The notes: generated by a model not told the origin, from the sequence alone. A stretch of 64,000 bases of DNA from Nibricoccus sp. (GCA_047602425.1 JASGHG010000001.1:3488001-3552000); one strand, 5' to 3'. Shown: positions 1 to 9,449, counted from the stretch's first letter. Made by a program: numbers and translations.

Positions 1-1429
1 CCAAGTAGGCGAGAGCGCGGGTGGTCTTTCCCGCGATGGCGGCCTCCAGAAATTTTTGGGCGCGTTCGCTGTGCCCGGCCTTCTTTTCCGCCAGCCCCAG
101 CGCGGCAAGTAGTTCGGCATCGCGTTCGCCGCGGACATAGGGGGCGATAAGCCGGGTCAAAGCCTCCTCCTGATGGCCTCCCATGCGCATGACTTCACCG
201 GCAATGCGTCCGGATTCCGCATCCGAGGCCTCGCGGAGGGTGATGGCTGGCGCGGTTTCAAACTTCTGTCCCTTCTTAAAACGGTAGTCGATCCGCTCGT
301 AATCGGTAAATTCCACGTACCCGCGCATTTCGACTTCCATCTTCTTGTAGTCCATGCCGAAACATTCCTTGAAGATTTCCTCGGTGATGGGCCCTTTGGC
401 GGCTCGTGCGGCGAGCTTGTAATATGCCTTTTGATAACGATGGGCGCGGCCATAGAGGCACATGTGGCTGAAGAGGTACGCTTGCGCTGGATACGAGCCG
501 CCGAGTTTGGAAAACTCGGACAGTTTGAGCGAGGTGACGGCGAAGAAATCGGAGAGAGGGATGATCCGATTTTCCGCGAGCGCCTTGTTGAAAGAGCCGG
601 TCGCAATGGCGGTGGTGGCTGAGGTTTTTGTGATGTATTCGGAGGTTACCCCTGTCAGGTTGTTGCTGTTGACGCCGACGGAGGCCGGGTCGTCGGAACT
701 TGCATAGCCGGTTGCAGCACGTCCGCTTTGCGCGGCTGCCGCCGAGGTGGGAGGCGCCCGGCGGGCCTGCCTCGTGTTTTGTTCGTCAGCGCGCGCATCC
801 TCGAGTTTCCCGAGTGAGATGCCTTGATCGCTGAATTCGACGGCGGCGTAGATCTGCACAAGGCCTTCCTCCATCCATGCAGGCAATTGATTGCCGAAGG
901 ATTTTCGTACGAGCTGGCGAAAGTATTGGATGTAGAAACCGCGGTAGGGGTCGACCTGTTCGCTTGAACCAAAGGAATCTTCGAACGTGTAATCGACTAC
1001 GATCGCGGAACGTTCACCGTCGTCGAAAAACGTGCTGCCGCTATGCTGGCCGCGACTGTCTTTTTCCGAGTCGGGAATAAAATGCTCGAAGTCGTTACCT
1101 TTGGAGCAAAGTACGATGTAAGTGGGAATGGACGGATCGATTTTTGCCTCGGGTAGAATCTGCGCCGCCACCTGCCTGAGCAGATGGAAGTCCGAAATAA
1201 AACGTTTGGTGTTCGTGTCAGAAGCGTCGGACAACACTTCATAGCCGGGAACGGAAACGTATTTCCATTTCTTCATCGGCGGCAGCACGCGTTCCGTGGT
1301 GACCTCATACTTCGGCAACACGATTAAATCAGATTCCGGAATGGCTGGGGGCGCATCGGCCGCGAAAAACGGAGTAGCGGCCAGGAGCCATGCGAACACG
1401 CTAGGAGACCGAAGAGTGGAGGGAGTCAT
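1..1429 (-). CDS. Secreted hypothetical protein with a peptidase-MA/DUF1570-like region, 3' end outside the window
   Basis: Not in the ORF track because it runs off the edge. Hand translation from ATG 1429: MTPSTLRSPSVFAWLLAATPFFAADAPPAIPES (signal-like), ...LPAWMEEGLVQIY..., ...AQAYLFSHMCLYG...EEIFKECFGMDY. The segments read are in the same frame. Confidence 0.8.
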   Translation of the reverse strand, partial: MTPSTLRSPSVFAWLLAATPFFAADAPPAIPESDLIVLPKYEVTTERVLPPMKKWKYVSVPGYEVLSDASDTNTKRFISDFHLLRQVAAQILPEAKIDPSIPTYIVLCSKGNDFEHFIPDSEKDSRGQHSGSTFFDDGERSAIVVDYTFEDSFGSSEQVDPYRGFYIQYFRQLVRKSFGNQLPAWMEEGLVQIYAAVEFSDQGISLGKLEDARADEQNTRQARRAPPTSAAAAQSGRAATGYASSDDPASVGVNSNNLTGVTSEYITKTSATTAIATGSFNKALAENRIIPLSDFFAVTSLKLSEFSKLGGSYPAQAYLFSHMCLYGRAHRYQKAYYKLAARAAKGPITEEIFKECFGMDYKKMEVEMRGYVEFTDYERIDYRFKKGQKFETAPAITLREASDAESGRIAGEVMRMGGHQEEALTRLIAPYVRGERDAELLAALGLAEKKAGHSERAQKFLEAAIAGKTTRALAYL

Positions 1430-1787
1430 GGAATTGGGTGGTCGGGAGAGGGGAGGTTTGGCAGGACTATAACTAGACGTCGCCGTCAGGGCTGGGAAAC
1501 GATCAGTGTGGATCAATTTCTGGAGGCGCGTTTTGTTTGGTGATTACGAAGCGGGTAGTTTGTGGGAATTATTCTAGGCGCGGCGGCTCAATCCAGATTG
1601 GGCGATAGCGTGTGGTCGTCGTGAAGCGGGGCTGAGAGAACCGGAAGGAGCTTTCCCGCGGCCCAAAAAGCCAAGCTGGCCAGCCCCGAAAGGTAGTCCA
1701 TTAAATGCGGTAACGTGATTGTGATGAGATAGATAATGGATCGGTAGCGCAAGGGCGTAATCTTATTTGCAAATCCGCGCTTCACAT

Positions 1788-1815
1788 TTGACGGATTGAA
1801 TGAGGGGCCTACTTT
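1788..1815 (+). promoter_or_regulatory. Sigma-70-like promoter for the 6S RNA
   Basis: TTGACG (1788-1793), 16 bp spacer, TACTTT (1810-1815), ending 7 nt before the 5' end of the 6S stem. Confidence 0.55.
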
Positions 1816-1822
1816 CACCGGC

Positions 1823-2006
1823 TGATCCTCTGCAGTGTACGAGGTGCTTTCATTAAACCGCTCTTTGCCTTTGAAATATTCCGGGAGCTGAACCCGCCGT
1901 GGAAGATGCTAGGCCGTAAATCGGAAAGCAGACGCTGCGGAGGAGGCGCCCACCTTAACCTAAAAAGGACTAGAGCCTTTGGGCACACGGCACAGGCGGA
2001 GGATCA
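1823..2006 (+). ncRNA. ssrS: 6S RNA
   Basis: About 184 nt rod. 5' TGATCCTCTGC/GTGT/GTGC pairs with 3' GCAC/GCAC/GCGGAGGATCA. It contains the 6S-typical blocks GGGAGC, GGCGCCCACC and ACGGCAC, has an unpaired central region, and is followed by a T-rich tract. Confidence 0.85.
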
Positions 2007-2020
2007 ACTTTTTCTCTTTC

Positions 2021-2368
2021 ATGAATCCAACCGAAAACAACGCCCTTCACGTCATCCACGTTCTCAGCGCCATCGCCTTGGTCGGCACGACATTTTTTGC
2101 GTTCGCCGGCGCGCCCGAGGCGCGGAAACGCACCTTGATGTGGAGCGGGATCGCGAGCGTGCTGGCTCTTCTCACGGGCCTCAGGATGTGGCAGGCTTTG
2201 TACCAATTTTCGGGCGGTTGGGTGGTTGTGAAACTCATCTGCTGGTTGGGTCTCTCCGCTTTGACTGGTATCGCTTACAAGCGACGTGGCGCGGCCGGCA
2301 TTCTGGGCGTGATTACCGTCGCGCTTGCCGGCTTGGCGTTGTACATGGTGTACTTCCGACCATTCTAA
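2021..2368 (+). CDS. Small 4-TM membrane protein (DUF2269/SirB2-like)
   Basis: MNPTENNALHVIHVLSAIALVG...GGWVVVKLICWL...YMVYFRPF; four hydrophobic segments. The ORF-track start at 1979 falls inside the 6S RNA, so ATG 2021 is preferred. Confidence 0.8.
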   Translation: MNPTENNALHVIHVLSAIALVGTTFFAFAGAPEARKRTLMWSGIASVLALLTGLRMWQALYQFSGGWVVVKLICWLGLSALTGIAYKRRGAAGILGVITVALAGLALYMVYFRPF

Positions 2369-2598
2369 GCGGCCAGATGCCATGGCAGTTTTTACTAATA
2401 AAGACCGGGTTTGCGCGTGAAACTTGCTGAACCTGCTGCCATGAATGCCATCGTTTTGATCTTTCCTGTTTCGAGAAAAACCGCCAATGCGTTGGTTAAA
2501 GAGGCGTTAATCCCTGTCCTATCGACAGAAAGGATTGTGCAACACCCCTTAATCAAGCCATTGAGACAGGTGCAAAAAGTGCCGTATATTTCTTGTTC

Positions 2599-3642
2599 AT
2601 GAGTTTTCCTGCTTTTTCTCGTACGATCCGTCCTCTTCACGCCGACCGGGCGCGGGCGAAATTGTTTTTCCGCAACGCGAAATTTGGACTAATGGCCCTC
2701 GCTCTTATGTTCAGCGCGGGCTTGGCCGAGGCGGCCAGTACGGTGCGTTTGAAAAACGGTTCCAGTGTGCAGGGCGAAATCCTTGCCGAGCGTGCGGACC
2801 GCGTGGTGGTTGATTTGGGTTTCACCGTCCTGAGCGTTCCGCGCGACGAAATCGAAAAAATCGTCGCCGATAGTACCGCCGCCGCGTCCACCACCGGCAC
2901 CGACGAATCGGTCGATCTTTACCGCGTCGCGTCAAATCAGGGCGCGCTCACCGTCAACGAAAACGTTGCCCGGGTGGCCGAAGCTGTCGTGCAAGTGCGC
3001 ACGCCGATAGGACTTGGTTCGGGTTTTATCATCGATCCAACGGGATACGTGCTGACCAATGAACACGTGGTTGCCGGCGAATACGCGATCACCGTCACTC
3101 AATTTCACCGTGGCAAAACCGACCTCGAACGCGTGACGTTCAGCAAGGTCCGCATTGTCGCCCTCGACGCCAAGCTCGACCTTGCATTGCTCAAAATTGA
3201 AGACGCCTCCGGAACCGTTTTTCCCACCGTACCGCTGGGCGATTCCAACACGCTGGTTGAGGGCCAGACCGTTTTTGCCATCGGCAGTCCGCTCGGCCTC
3301 GACCGCTCGGTGTCGCAAGGCATCATCAGCACGCGCAATCGCCCGATGGAAGGCCAGCTTTACATTCAAACCACGACCCAGATAAATCCCGGCAACTCCG
3401 GCGGCCCGCTCTTCAACCTCCGCGGCGAGGTCATTGGCGTTAATAACATGAAGGCCATGATGGCTGGGATCGAAGGTCTGAATTTCGCCATTCCCTGTGC
3501 CGTCGCCAAAAACTTCCTGCGCAACCGTGACGCCTTTGCCTTCGATCCGCGCAACGCCAACGCTGGTTATCGCTACCTTGAGCCACCTCACCCGGTAAAA
3601 ACTCCAAAACCAGAGGCCACGCCTAAAATCACCAAGCCCTGA
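2599..3642 (+). CDS. S1C (HtrA-like) trypsin-family serine protease without a PDZ domain
   Basis: GSGFII, TNEHVV (His), DLALL (Asp), INPGNSGGPL (Ser); signal peptide and a small N-terminal beta domain. Confidence 0.9.
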   Translation: MSFPAFSRTIRPLHADRARAKLFFRNAKFGLMALALMFSAGLAEAASTVRLKNGSSVQGEILAERADRVVVDLGFTVLSVPRDEIEKIVADSTAAASTTGTDESVDLYRVASNQGALTVNENVARVAEAVVQVRTPIGLGSGFIIDPTGYVLTNEHVVAGEYAITVTQFHRGKTDLERVTFSKVRIVALDAKLDLALLKIEDASGTVFPTVPLGDSNTLVEGQTVFAIGSPLGLDRSVSQGIISTRNRPMEGQLYIQTTTQINPGNSGGPLFNLRGEVIGVNNMKAMMAGIEGLNFAIPCAVAKNFLRNRDAFAFDPRNANAGYRYLEPPHPVKTPKPEATPKITKP

Positions 3643-3702
3643 TCCGCCAGGCCTCGCGGATTTCTGTCACATGCGCGTTCCCAAACGCGTTTGCTCCCTT
3701 TT

Positions 3703-5514
3703 ATGACCTCAACGCTTCGCTTCCTTTGCTTCAGTCTGTCTGTCCTGCTTTTCTCGCCGGCCCGCGCCGCCGTTCCCCTCATCAACCTGATCGACGAAAA
3801 CTGCCCCATAGTGATTTCCGTGCAGGATATTCCGGCCTTCCTCAAAAACGGAGCGGACAGCCCTTGGGCGATGACGTGGAACGATGACCAAATCCGGAAA
3901 TTCCTCGCGCCCCTTCGCGGCCAGATGAAACTCGATCGGTGGGATGAGCAATGCAAGGCCCAGACCGGCTACAATGTGGCGGAACTTCTTGCCATGGCCA
4001 AAGGCCAGATGCTGGTCGCGGTGACGAGCGCGGATATTTTTGAGCTCGGCGACCATCCGGATCCTTCGCGCATTCCCGTGCTTGCCGCGCTCGAACTGGG
4101 CGAAAATACCGCCAAGGTCGCCAAGCTGATTGCCGAGCTCGACGAAAAAGAGCACAGCCTTTTCCGCCTCGAGGACTATGCCGGGGTGCAACTCCATATT
4201 TACCAAAAAAAGGCCGAAAAAGGCGGTGGGGATAGGTTCGTATGGGCCATGGCCGATGGCATTTGGTTCTTGAGCCCGTCCAAGACCGTGGTTCAAAACG
4301 CAATCGATCATTTGAAAAATGGCCGCGCTCCCGCGCCATTGGGAGAATCCGAGCATTTTCTTAAGATTAGGAAACAGGGTGGGGAGGCCGGCCTTACGAT
4401 TTTGTGCAATCTTCAAGCCATGTATCCGGCCGTAAAACTTGCGGTGGAGAAAAGTGCGGAGAAAAAACCGGCTCCGGCGGGCTTGCCGCCGGGCGTGCTC
4501 ATGGATGCGCTCGGTTTGGACACCCTGCGCGATCTCTATTTCACCGTTGCGATCGAAGCCGACGCCACCCACGTGAGCGGCGGCCTTACCTGCTCCGAGC
4601 AGCGTGGCATTTTCAAGGTTCTCGCTTTCAACGACGGTCCCGTGCCTCAGCCTGCTTTTGTATCCGAAAAATGGATCAACGCCAGCACGGCCTCTTTCAG
4701 CATACCGGCCGCTTACGGCGCGGTGAAAGAGCTCCTTAACGGCCTGAACCCGATGATCGCCTCCATGATGCAGGCGCGTATCAAGGAGCTGAATACTCAG
4801 CTTGGCATCGACTTGGAGCATGACCTTATTGGCAGCCTCGGCACGCAACTGCTTTCCGCCAAGGCCACGCGTCCGGGCTCGAATCCCGACACGCCCCCGC
4901 CTCTCAACGATATCGACCAGCTGCTCGCCTTTTCGCTGAACAACGCCCCTGCTTTCACGAAGGCCATCGATGCCTTGAAGCGCATGGCCGGCCCGCAGTT
5001 CGAAAAGATGTTCAACAAACGCGAGTATCTCGGACAGACGCTCTATACGCTCCAGATACCCAATCCCCAGCCCGGGCAGAAGGCCGTCAGTTACGCCATC
5101 ACGCCCAAGTTTCTGTTTGTCGCGGTTGGTTCGGCGTCGATTCTGGAATCGGCGGTGCAGGGCCTCGATGGCAAGCGGCCGACGCTCTGGCAGAAACCCG
5201 AGGTCAAAGCCGCCCTCGCCGAAGTTCCCGCCTCCGCCTGCAGCTTCGAATATCAGGACAACAAGGCCCTTATCGGCAGCCTCATTGAAACCCTGGGCCA
5301 GCTCGGACCCAAGTTTGCCGCCCGCTCGGAAGCTCCGGCGGACGAGGACGAAGCCGCCAGCGGGAAACCCGTGGCCGCCACCTCCGGACCTTTCGATCTT
5401 TCGGCCAAACCCGACGCATCCGTGCTCGGCAAATACTGGAGCATCAGCACTGGTTATGCCTGGCGTGACAGCAATGGCCTGTATTTTAAATCCAAAGTCC
5501 AACACTCCAAGTGA
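3703..5514 (+). CDS. Secreted hypothetical protein (DUF3352-like)
   Basis: About 600 aa ORF with a Sec signal (..SPARA|AVP); its stop overlaps the start of the next gene (GTGA). Confidence 0.75.
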   Translation: MTSTLRFLCFSLSVLLFSPARAAVPLINLIDENCPIVISVQDIPAFLKNGADSPWAMTWNDDQIRKFLAPLRGQMKLDRWDEQCKAQTGYNVAELLAMAKGQMLVAVTSADIFELGDHPDPSRIPVLAALELGENTAKVAKLIAELDEKEHSLFRLEDYAGVQLHIYQKKAEKGGGDRFVWAMADGIWFLSPSKTVVQNAIDHLKNGRAPAPLGESEHFLKIRKQGGEAGLTILCNLQAMYPAVKLAVEKSAEKKPAPAGLPPGVLMDALGLDTLRDLYFTVAIEADATHVSGGLTCSEQRGIFKVLAFNDGPVPQPAFVSEKWINASTASFSIPAAYGAVKELLNGLNPMIASMMQARIKELNTQLGIDLEHDLIGSLGTQLLSAKATRPGSNPDTPPPLNDIDQLLAFSLNNAPAFTKAIDALKRMAGPQFEKMFNKREYLGQTLYTLQIPNPQPGQKAVSYAITPKFLFVAVGSASILESAVQGLDGKRPTLWQKPEVKAALAEVPASACSFEYQDNKALIGSLIETLGQLGPKFAARSEAPADEDEAASGKPVAATSGPFDLSAKPDASVLGKYWSISTGYAWRDSNGLYFKSKVQHSK

Positions 5515-7829
5515 ACGCACGTCACCTGTCTCGCGCCCTCGGTTCCCTTTTCATTCTCGCTTTTAGTTCGGCGAATTTGACCGCCGCGGTCGAGGCGGCC
5601 CGTCCCGTGGCCTTGCGCGGGCCGGAGGTGATGAAGCTCGACTGGAATACCCGCGCGATTCAGGCGGTGGACGTCAACAAGGATGGCTTGAACGACCTGG
5701 TTGTTGCCAACAACGACCGTTCCACGATCGAGATCCTCTATCAGCTGAAACCAGGCGCACCTCTCGACAGTATTCCGAAATCGCTCAATGCGAACCGCTG
5801 GGAACCTGTCCTTGAGGACGCCCGTTTTCGGAAGATCAGCGTCACCACGGGTGTGACGATCTACGATTTCGTTGTTGGCGATTTGAATAACGATGGTCGC
5901 GTTGACCTCGTTTACACTGGCGACCCGCAGGCCCTTACCATTCGCTACCAGCAAAGCGACAACGTCTGGACCGAGAAAAAAATCACTGAGGCGCCCGTTC
6001 CCATTCAGTTCGTTGGCTCGATGAAAATGGCCGATATCAACGGCGACGGTCGCAACGACCTCGTTATCCTTGGACAGAAGGAGCTTTGTTTCTACCTGCA
6101 GGAAAAAAGCGGCGAACTTTCCGCGCCCGAACGTTACGCTTTGCCTGACGATGGCTGCTATGGGCTGGAAATCTGCGACATCGACGGCAACGGCAAGCCC
6201 GACCTTGTCTACCTTTGCGCCAACAATCGCGATGCGCTGCGCGTGCGTCTCCAGACCGGTGAAAACCAGTTTGGACCCGAGCTCGCCTATACGATCAAGC
6301 CCACGCGGTGCACCTTGCAGATTCTCAATCAGGCCGATGGCAAACGCAGCGCACTTTTTGCCGATGCGCAGGACCAGACCGGCCAGCTGGAGATTTTCAC
6401 ACTCGGCCGAACCAACAGCCAGCCGTCAACGCCGTCTCTCCGCCCGCGCGTTTTCAGTCCGCGCCCGGGCAGCAAAACGGCGCTTAGCTATGTCGTAGCC
6501 GACCTGAATGGCGACGGCACCGACGATCTTGCAGTGAGCGACCCCGATGGCGCGCAGGTATTTGTTTACCTCCGTCAGCGCGATGGCGGTTTCACGAACG
6601 CTCAGAAGTATCCAGTTTTCTCCGACGCCCGAGGACTTGCCGTTGGCAACTGGGGCGACGGCGGCCGGGCCGCTCTATTTATTGCCAGCCCGAAGGAGCA
6701 GGCTATCGGCGTGGCCACTTTCAATAAGGAAGGCCGGCTCAGTTATCCGCAGCCGATCGCCACAACCGGACGTCCGCTCGCGATTGCCGCCGGCGATCTT
6801 GCGGGCGATGGACACAGTCGGCTCGTCGTTTTGCGCGAGGAAAAGGGCAAGCGCTCGCTCGATATTCTCGCGCGAAAAGGCACCGGCTCTGAGGTGGTAA
6901 AGAGCGTTGAGCTGACGGGATTGAAGACCGATCCTCGCGCGGTGCGATTGATCGACGCCAATCAGGATGGCAAACTCGATATCGCAGTGTTCACGCCGCT
7001 CGACGCGATGCGCCTTTTCGTTCAAGGGGAGAAATTCGAATTCACCGAGGCCTCGGCCGCGCCGAATTTCCGTCGCGGCTTGGTCGACAATCTCGATGTG
7101 TCAGCCTTTGCCACGGGCGATCTTAACGCCGACGGGAAAACCGAACTTTTGATCAGCACCGGCGGATTTACTCGCGCGCTCCGGCTTGGCTCCGACGGCG
7201 AACTTGCGGTGGTCGACCAGTTCAACGCGCGCGATCCCAATGCCGAAATTGCCACCGCGCTGGTCTTGCCCGCCTCGGACGGAGGAAAAAAGCCGAACCT
7301 TGTGCTCTACGACAAAAAGACCGATCAATTCCAGGTACTCTCCGCCAACGAACAAGGCCTCTATCGCGTGACGGACACCACGCCGGCCGGCAAGATTGAG
7401 GTTGTCGGCGCGGAGGTTCGTAAAACCAAGAGCGGCGTCGAAGGTTTTATCTTTGGACGTGACCGGTTCTGGTGGATGCCGCTGGCGCGCGACGATTTTG
7501 CGCCGACCACCAAAACCACGCACGCCACAGATCTGCCCAGTGTCAGTTATGCCGATGTGATTGTTGGCGATCTCAACCACGACAACCGCCTCGAAATCGT
7601 CTGCGTCGACCCTGAGAAAAACCTTCTGGAAATTCTAGGCCAAGGCTCCGACGAGCGCTGGGAAAGTCTGATGCACTTCAAGATTTTCGAGACAGACCAG
7701 CATTTCCAAGGCCGCAAAGGCAGCGTGCTCGAACCGCGCGAGACGATTATCGCCGACGTCACTGGCGACGGAAAGAAGGACCTCATCCTTCTCGTCCACG
7801 ACCGCATTCTGGTCTATCCGCAGGAATGA
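5511..7829 (+). CDS. FG-GAP/VCBS repeat-containing secreted protein
   Basis: Many DxNxDGxxD repeats (DVNKDGLND, DLNNDGRVD, DINGDGRND, DIDGNGKPD, DLNGDGTDD, DANQDGKLD, DVTGDGKKD); signal peptide. Confidence 0.9.
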   Translation: MNARHLSRALGSLFILAFSSANLTAAVEAARPVALRGPEVMKLDWNTRAIQAVDVNKDGLNDLVVANNDRSTIEILYQLKPGAPLDSIPKSLNANRWEPVLEDARFRKISVTTGVTIYDFVVGDLNNDGRVDLVYTGDPQALTIRYQQSDNVWTEKKITEAPVPIQFVGSMKMADINGDGRNDLVILGQKELCFYLQEKSGELSAPERYALPDDGCYGLEICDIDGNGKPDLVYLCANNRDALRVRLQTGENQFGPELAYTIKPTRCTLQILNQADGKRSALFADAQDQTGQLEIFTLGRTNSQPSTPSLRPRVFSPRPGSKTALSYVVADLNGDGTDDLAVSDPDGAQVFVYLRQRDGGFTNAQKYPVFSDARGLAVGNWGDGGRAALFIASPKEQAIGVATFNKEGRLSYPQPIATTGRPLAIAAGDLAGDGHSRLVVLREEKGKRSLDILARKGTGSEVVKSVELTGLKTDPRAVRLIDANQDGKLDIAVFTPLDAMRLFVQGEKFEFTEASAAPNFRRGLVDNLDVSAFATGDLNADGKTELLISTGGFTRALRLGSDGELAVVDQFNARDPNAEIATALVLPASDGGKKPNLVLYDKKTDQFQVLSANEQGLYRVTDTTPAGKIEVVGAEVRKTKSGVEGFIFGRDRFWWMPLARDDFAPTTKTTHATDLPSVSYADVIVGDLNHDNRLEIVCVDPEKNLLEILGQGSDERWESLMHFKIFETDQHFQGRKGSVLEPRETIIADVTGDGKKDLILLVHDRILVYPQE

Positions 7830-7890
7830 GCCACTGCCTGCTTAACAGCGTGCCATCGGTAAGATCCGGCGGATAGTTGTCGTTTCGCGC

Positions 7891-8373
7891 TTAGCGTGGC
7901 GGTACGACGTGCCGGACACCGTCCATCAGGTTAATGTATTCGCCGGCCTGCATTTCAGGAATCTTGCCGGCCAGGAGCATGTTAAACGCGAGCAGGATTG
8001 TTGGATAGGAGTTGGTTTCGAGACATCCAAAGACAAAGTGAAAGGGATAGAGTCCGATCGACCGTTTCTTGTCGAAGACGCCGATCCCCTTGGTTCCACC
8101 TTCTTCATTTTCGGTGATCGTGGTCCATTCCCATCCAAATTGCCTTACCATTTGCGTGCCCCAAAGACTGCCCAGTGGCATGGCGCGGTCCGTCCAGTTA
8201 TCGACGGGATCCGATCCTTTCGCCGGTGGATTCGCCACGAAAGCATTGATGGCCTCGACAATTTTCAGGGGTGGCGCATCTATCGCTACACCGATCATTG
8301 CCGCGCCTTCGGCGGATGCTCCGGCCATGTTTGAGGAGATTCTGGGGTTAAGAGGACCTTCTTTAATCGCCAT
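7891..8373 (-). CDS. Hypothetical protein (possibly DUF3806-like)
   Basis: 160 aa ORF with AAGGA upstream; LGSLWGTQMVRQFGWEW...LYPFHFV pattern. Confidence 0.7.
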   Translation of the reverse strand: MAIKEGPLNPRISSNMAGASAEGAAMIGVAIDAPPLKIVEAINAFVANPPAKGSDPVDNWTDRAMPLGSLWGTQMVRQFGWEWTTITENEEGGTKGIGVFDKKRSIGLYPFHFVFGCLETNSYPTILLAFNMLLAGKIPEMQAGEYINLMDGVRHVVPPR

Positions 8374-8531
8374 GTAAATATTCCTTGTCGAATCTCGTCG
8401 GTTGGCAAGACCGAACTAGCGCGTAGGAATAAAACCTCATGGTCATGTCTCTTGTACGTGGATAATAGGTGTCCATTTCGATAACAACGCCAGGGAAGCC
8501 CAACGGTGAGTGTGGCGCCGAGATCTAGAAT

Positions 8532-8558
8532 AAAAAAGCCCCGGCAGCGGACCGGGGC
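8532..8558 (-). terminator. Intrinsic terminator after dapF
   Basis: GCCCCGG/CCGGGGC stem followed by T6 on the minus strand. Confidence 0.7.
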
Positions 8559-8588
8559 GGCAAAGTTGGGTTCAATTGTGGAGTGCGC

Positions 8589-9449
8589 TCAGACTTTCAC
8601 TTCGAAAAGTTGAGCGTGCATGACGCCATCGGCGACTTTGTTGACGGTGCCGGTCATCATGATCGAGAAGTTGTCGCCGATCTCGATGCCGATTTTACCG
8701 CCGGGCATGTGCACGGTGATCGAGCGGTCCACGAGGCCAAGCTTGTGCGCGACGGCGGCGGCGGCGCTCGAACTGCTGCCCGATGCCAGCGTATAACCCG
8801 CGCCGCGCTCCCAGATTTCTATCTGGATATTGTTTCGGTCGATGGCTTTTAGGAATTGGACGTTGGTTTTGCGCGGAAAATTCGGATGCACCTCGAAATG
8901 CGGGCCATATTTATGCGCGAGTTCCGATGAAATATCGGGCAGCGGAATCACGCAATGCGGATTGCCGATCGTGGCGGCGCAGTAGGTGAACTCGCGATCC
9001 AGAACCTTGATCTTTTCGTTGATCACTTCGCGCGGCGCGCCGCTGAGGTTGACGGGTATCTTAGCGCTGTCGAAGCTGACCGAACCCATTGCCACCGTGA
9101 TGAGCTTGCCATCCTCCTTGATCACCGATTGCACCACGCCACCGGGAACTTCGATGGTGAAATTGGATTTCTTGGCGAGCTTTTGATCCCAGAGATAACG
9201 CGAGAAGATCCGCAGGCCATTGCCACTCTTTTCGGCTTCGGAGCCGTCGGGATTGAAGATGCGCAGACCGAAATCGGCCTTCGCCGAGGGCAGCGGACCC
9301 CAGAGAATACCGTCGGAGCCGACACCGAAATTGCGATGACAGACCACGCGGATCTGTTCGACAGTTGGCGCTGGTTTCCAGTTGGGGAAATCCGAAGGAT
9401 CACAAACGATATAGTCATTGCCGAGAGCGTGGTATTTATGGAAGCGCAT
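8589..9449 (-). CDS. dapF: Diaminopimelate epimerase family protein (Ser/Ser active-site variant)
   Basis: KYHALGNDY, GVGSDG, FNPDGSEAEKSGNGLR, GNPH, WERGAGYTLASGS motifs. Confidence 0.9.
   Translation of the reverse strand: MRFHKYHALGNDYIVCDPSDFPNWKPAPTVEQIRVVCHRNFGVGSDGILWGPLPSAKADFGLRIFNPDGSEAEKSGNGLRIFSRYLWDQKLAKKSNFTIEVPGGVVQSVIKEDGKLITVAMGSVSFDSAKIPVNLSGAPREVINEKIKVLDREFTYCAATIGNPHCVIPLPDISSELAHKYGPHFEVHPNFPRKTNVQFLKAIDRNNIQIEIWERGAGYTLASGSSSSAAAAVAHKLGLVDRSITVHMPGGKIGIEIGDNFSIMMTGTVNKVADGVMHAQLFEVKV

Noticed and set aside
3709..5520. 603-aa ORF antisense to the DUF3352-like gene (likewise 22979-24406, 41736-43043, 57231-58865)
   Set aside because: Shadow ORFs expected from GC-rich codon bias opposite well-supported genes; no recognisable motifs.
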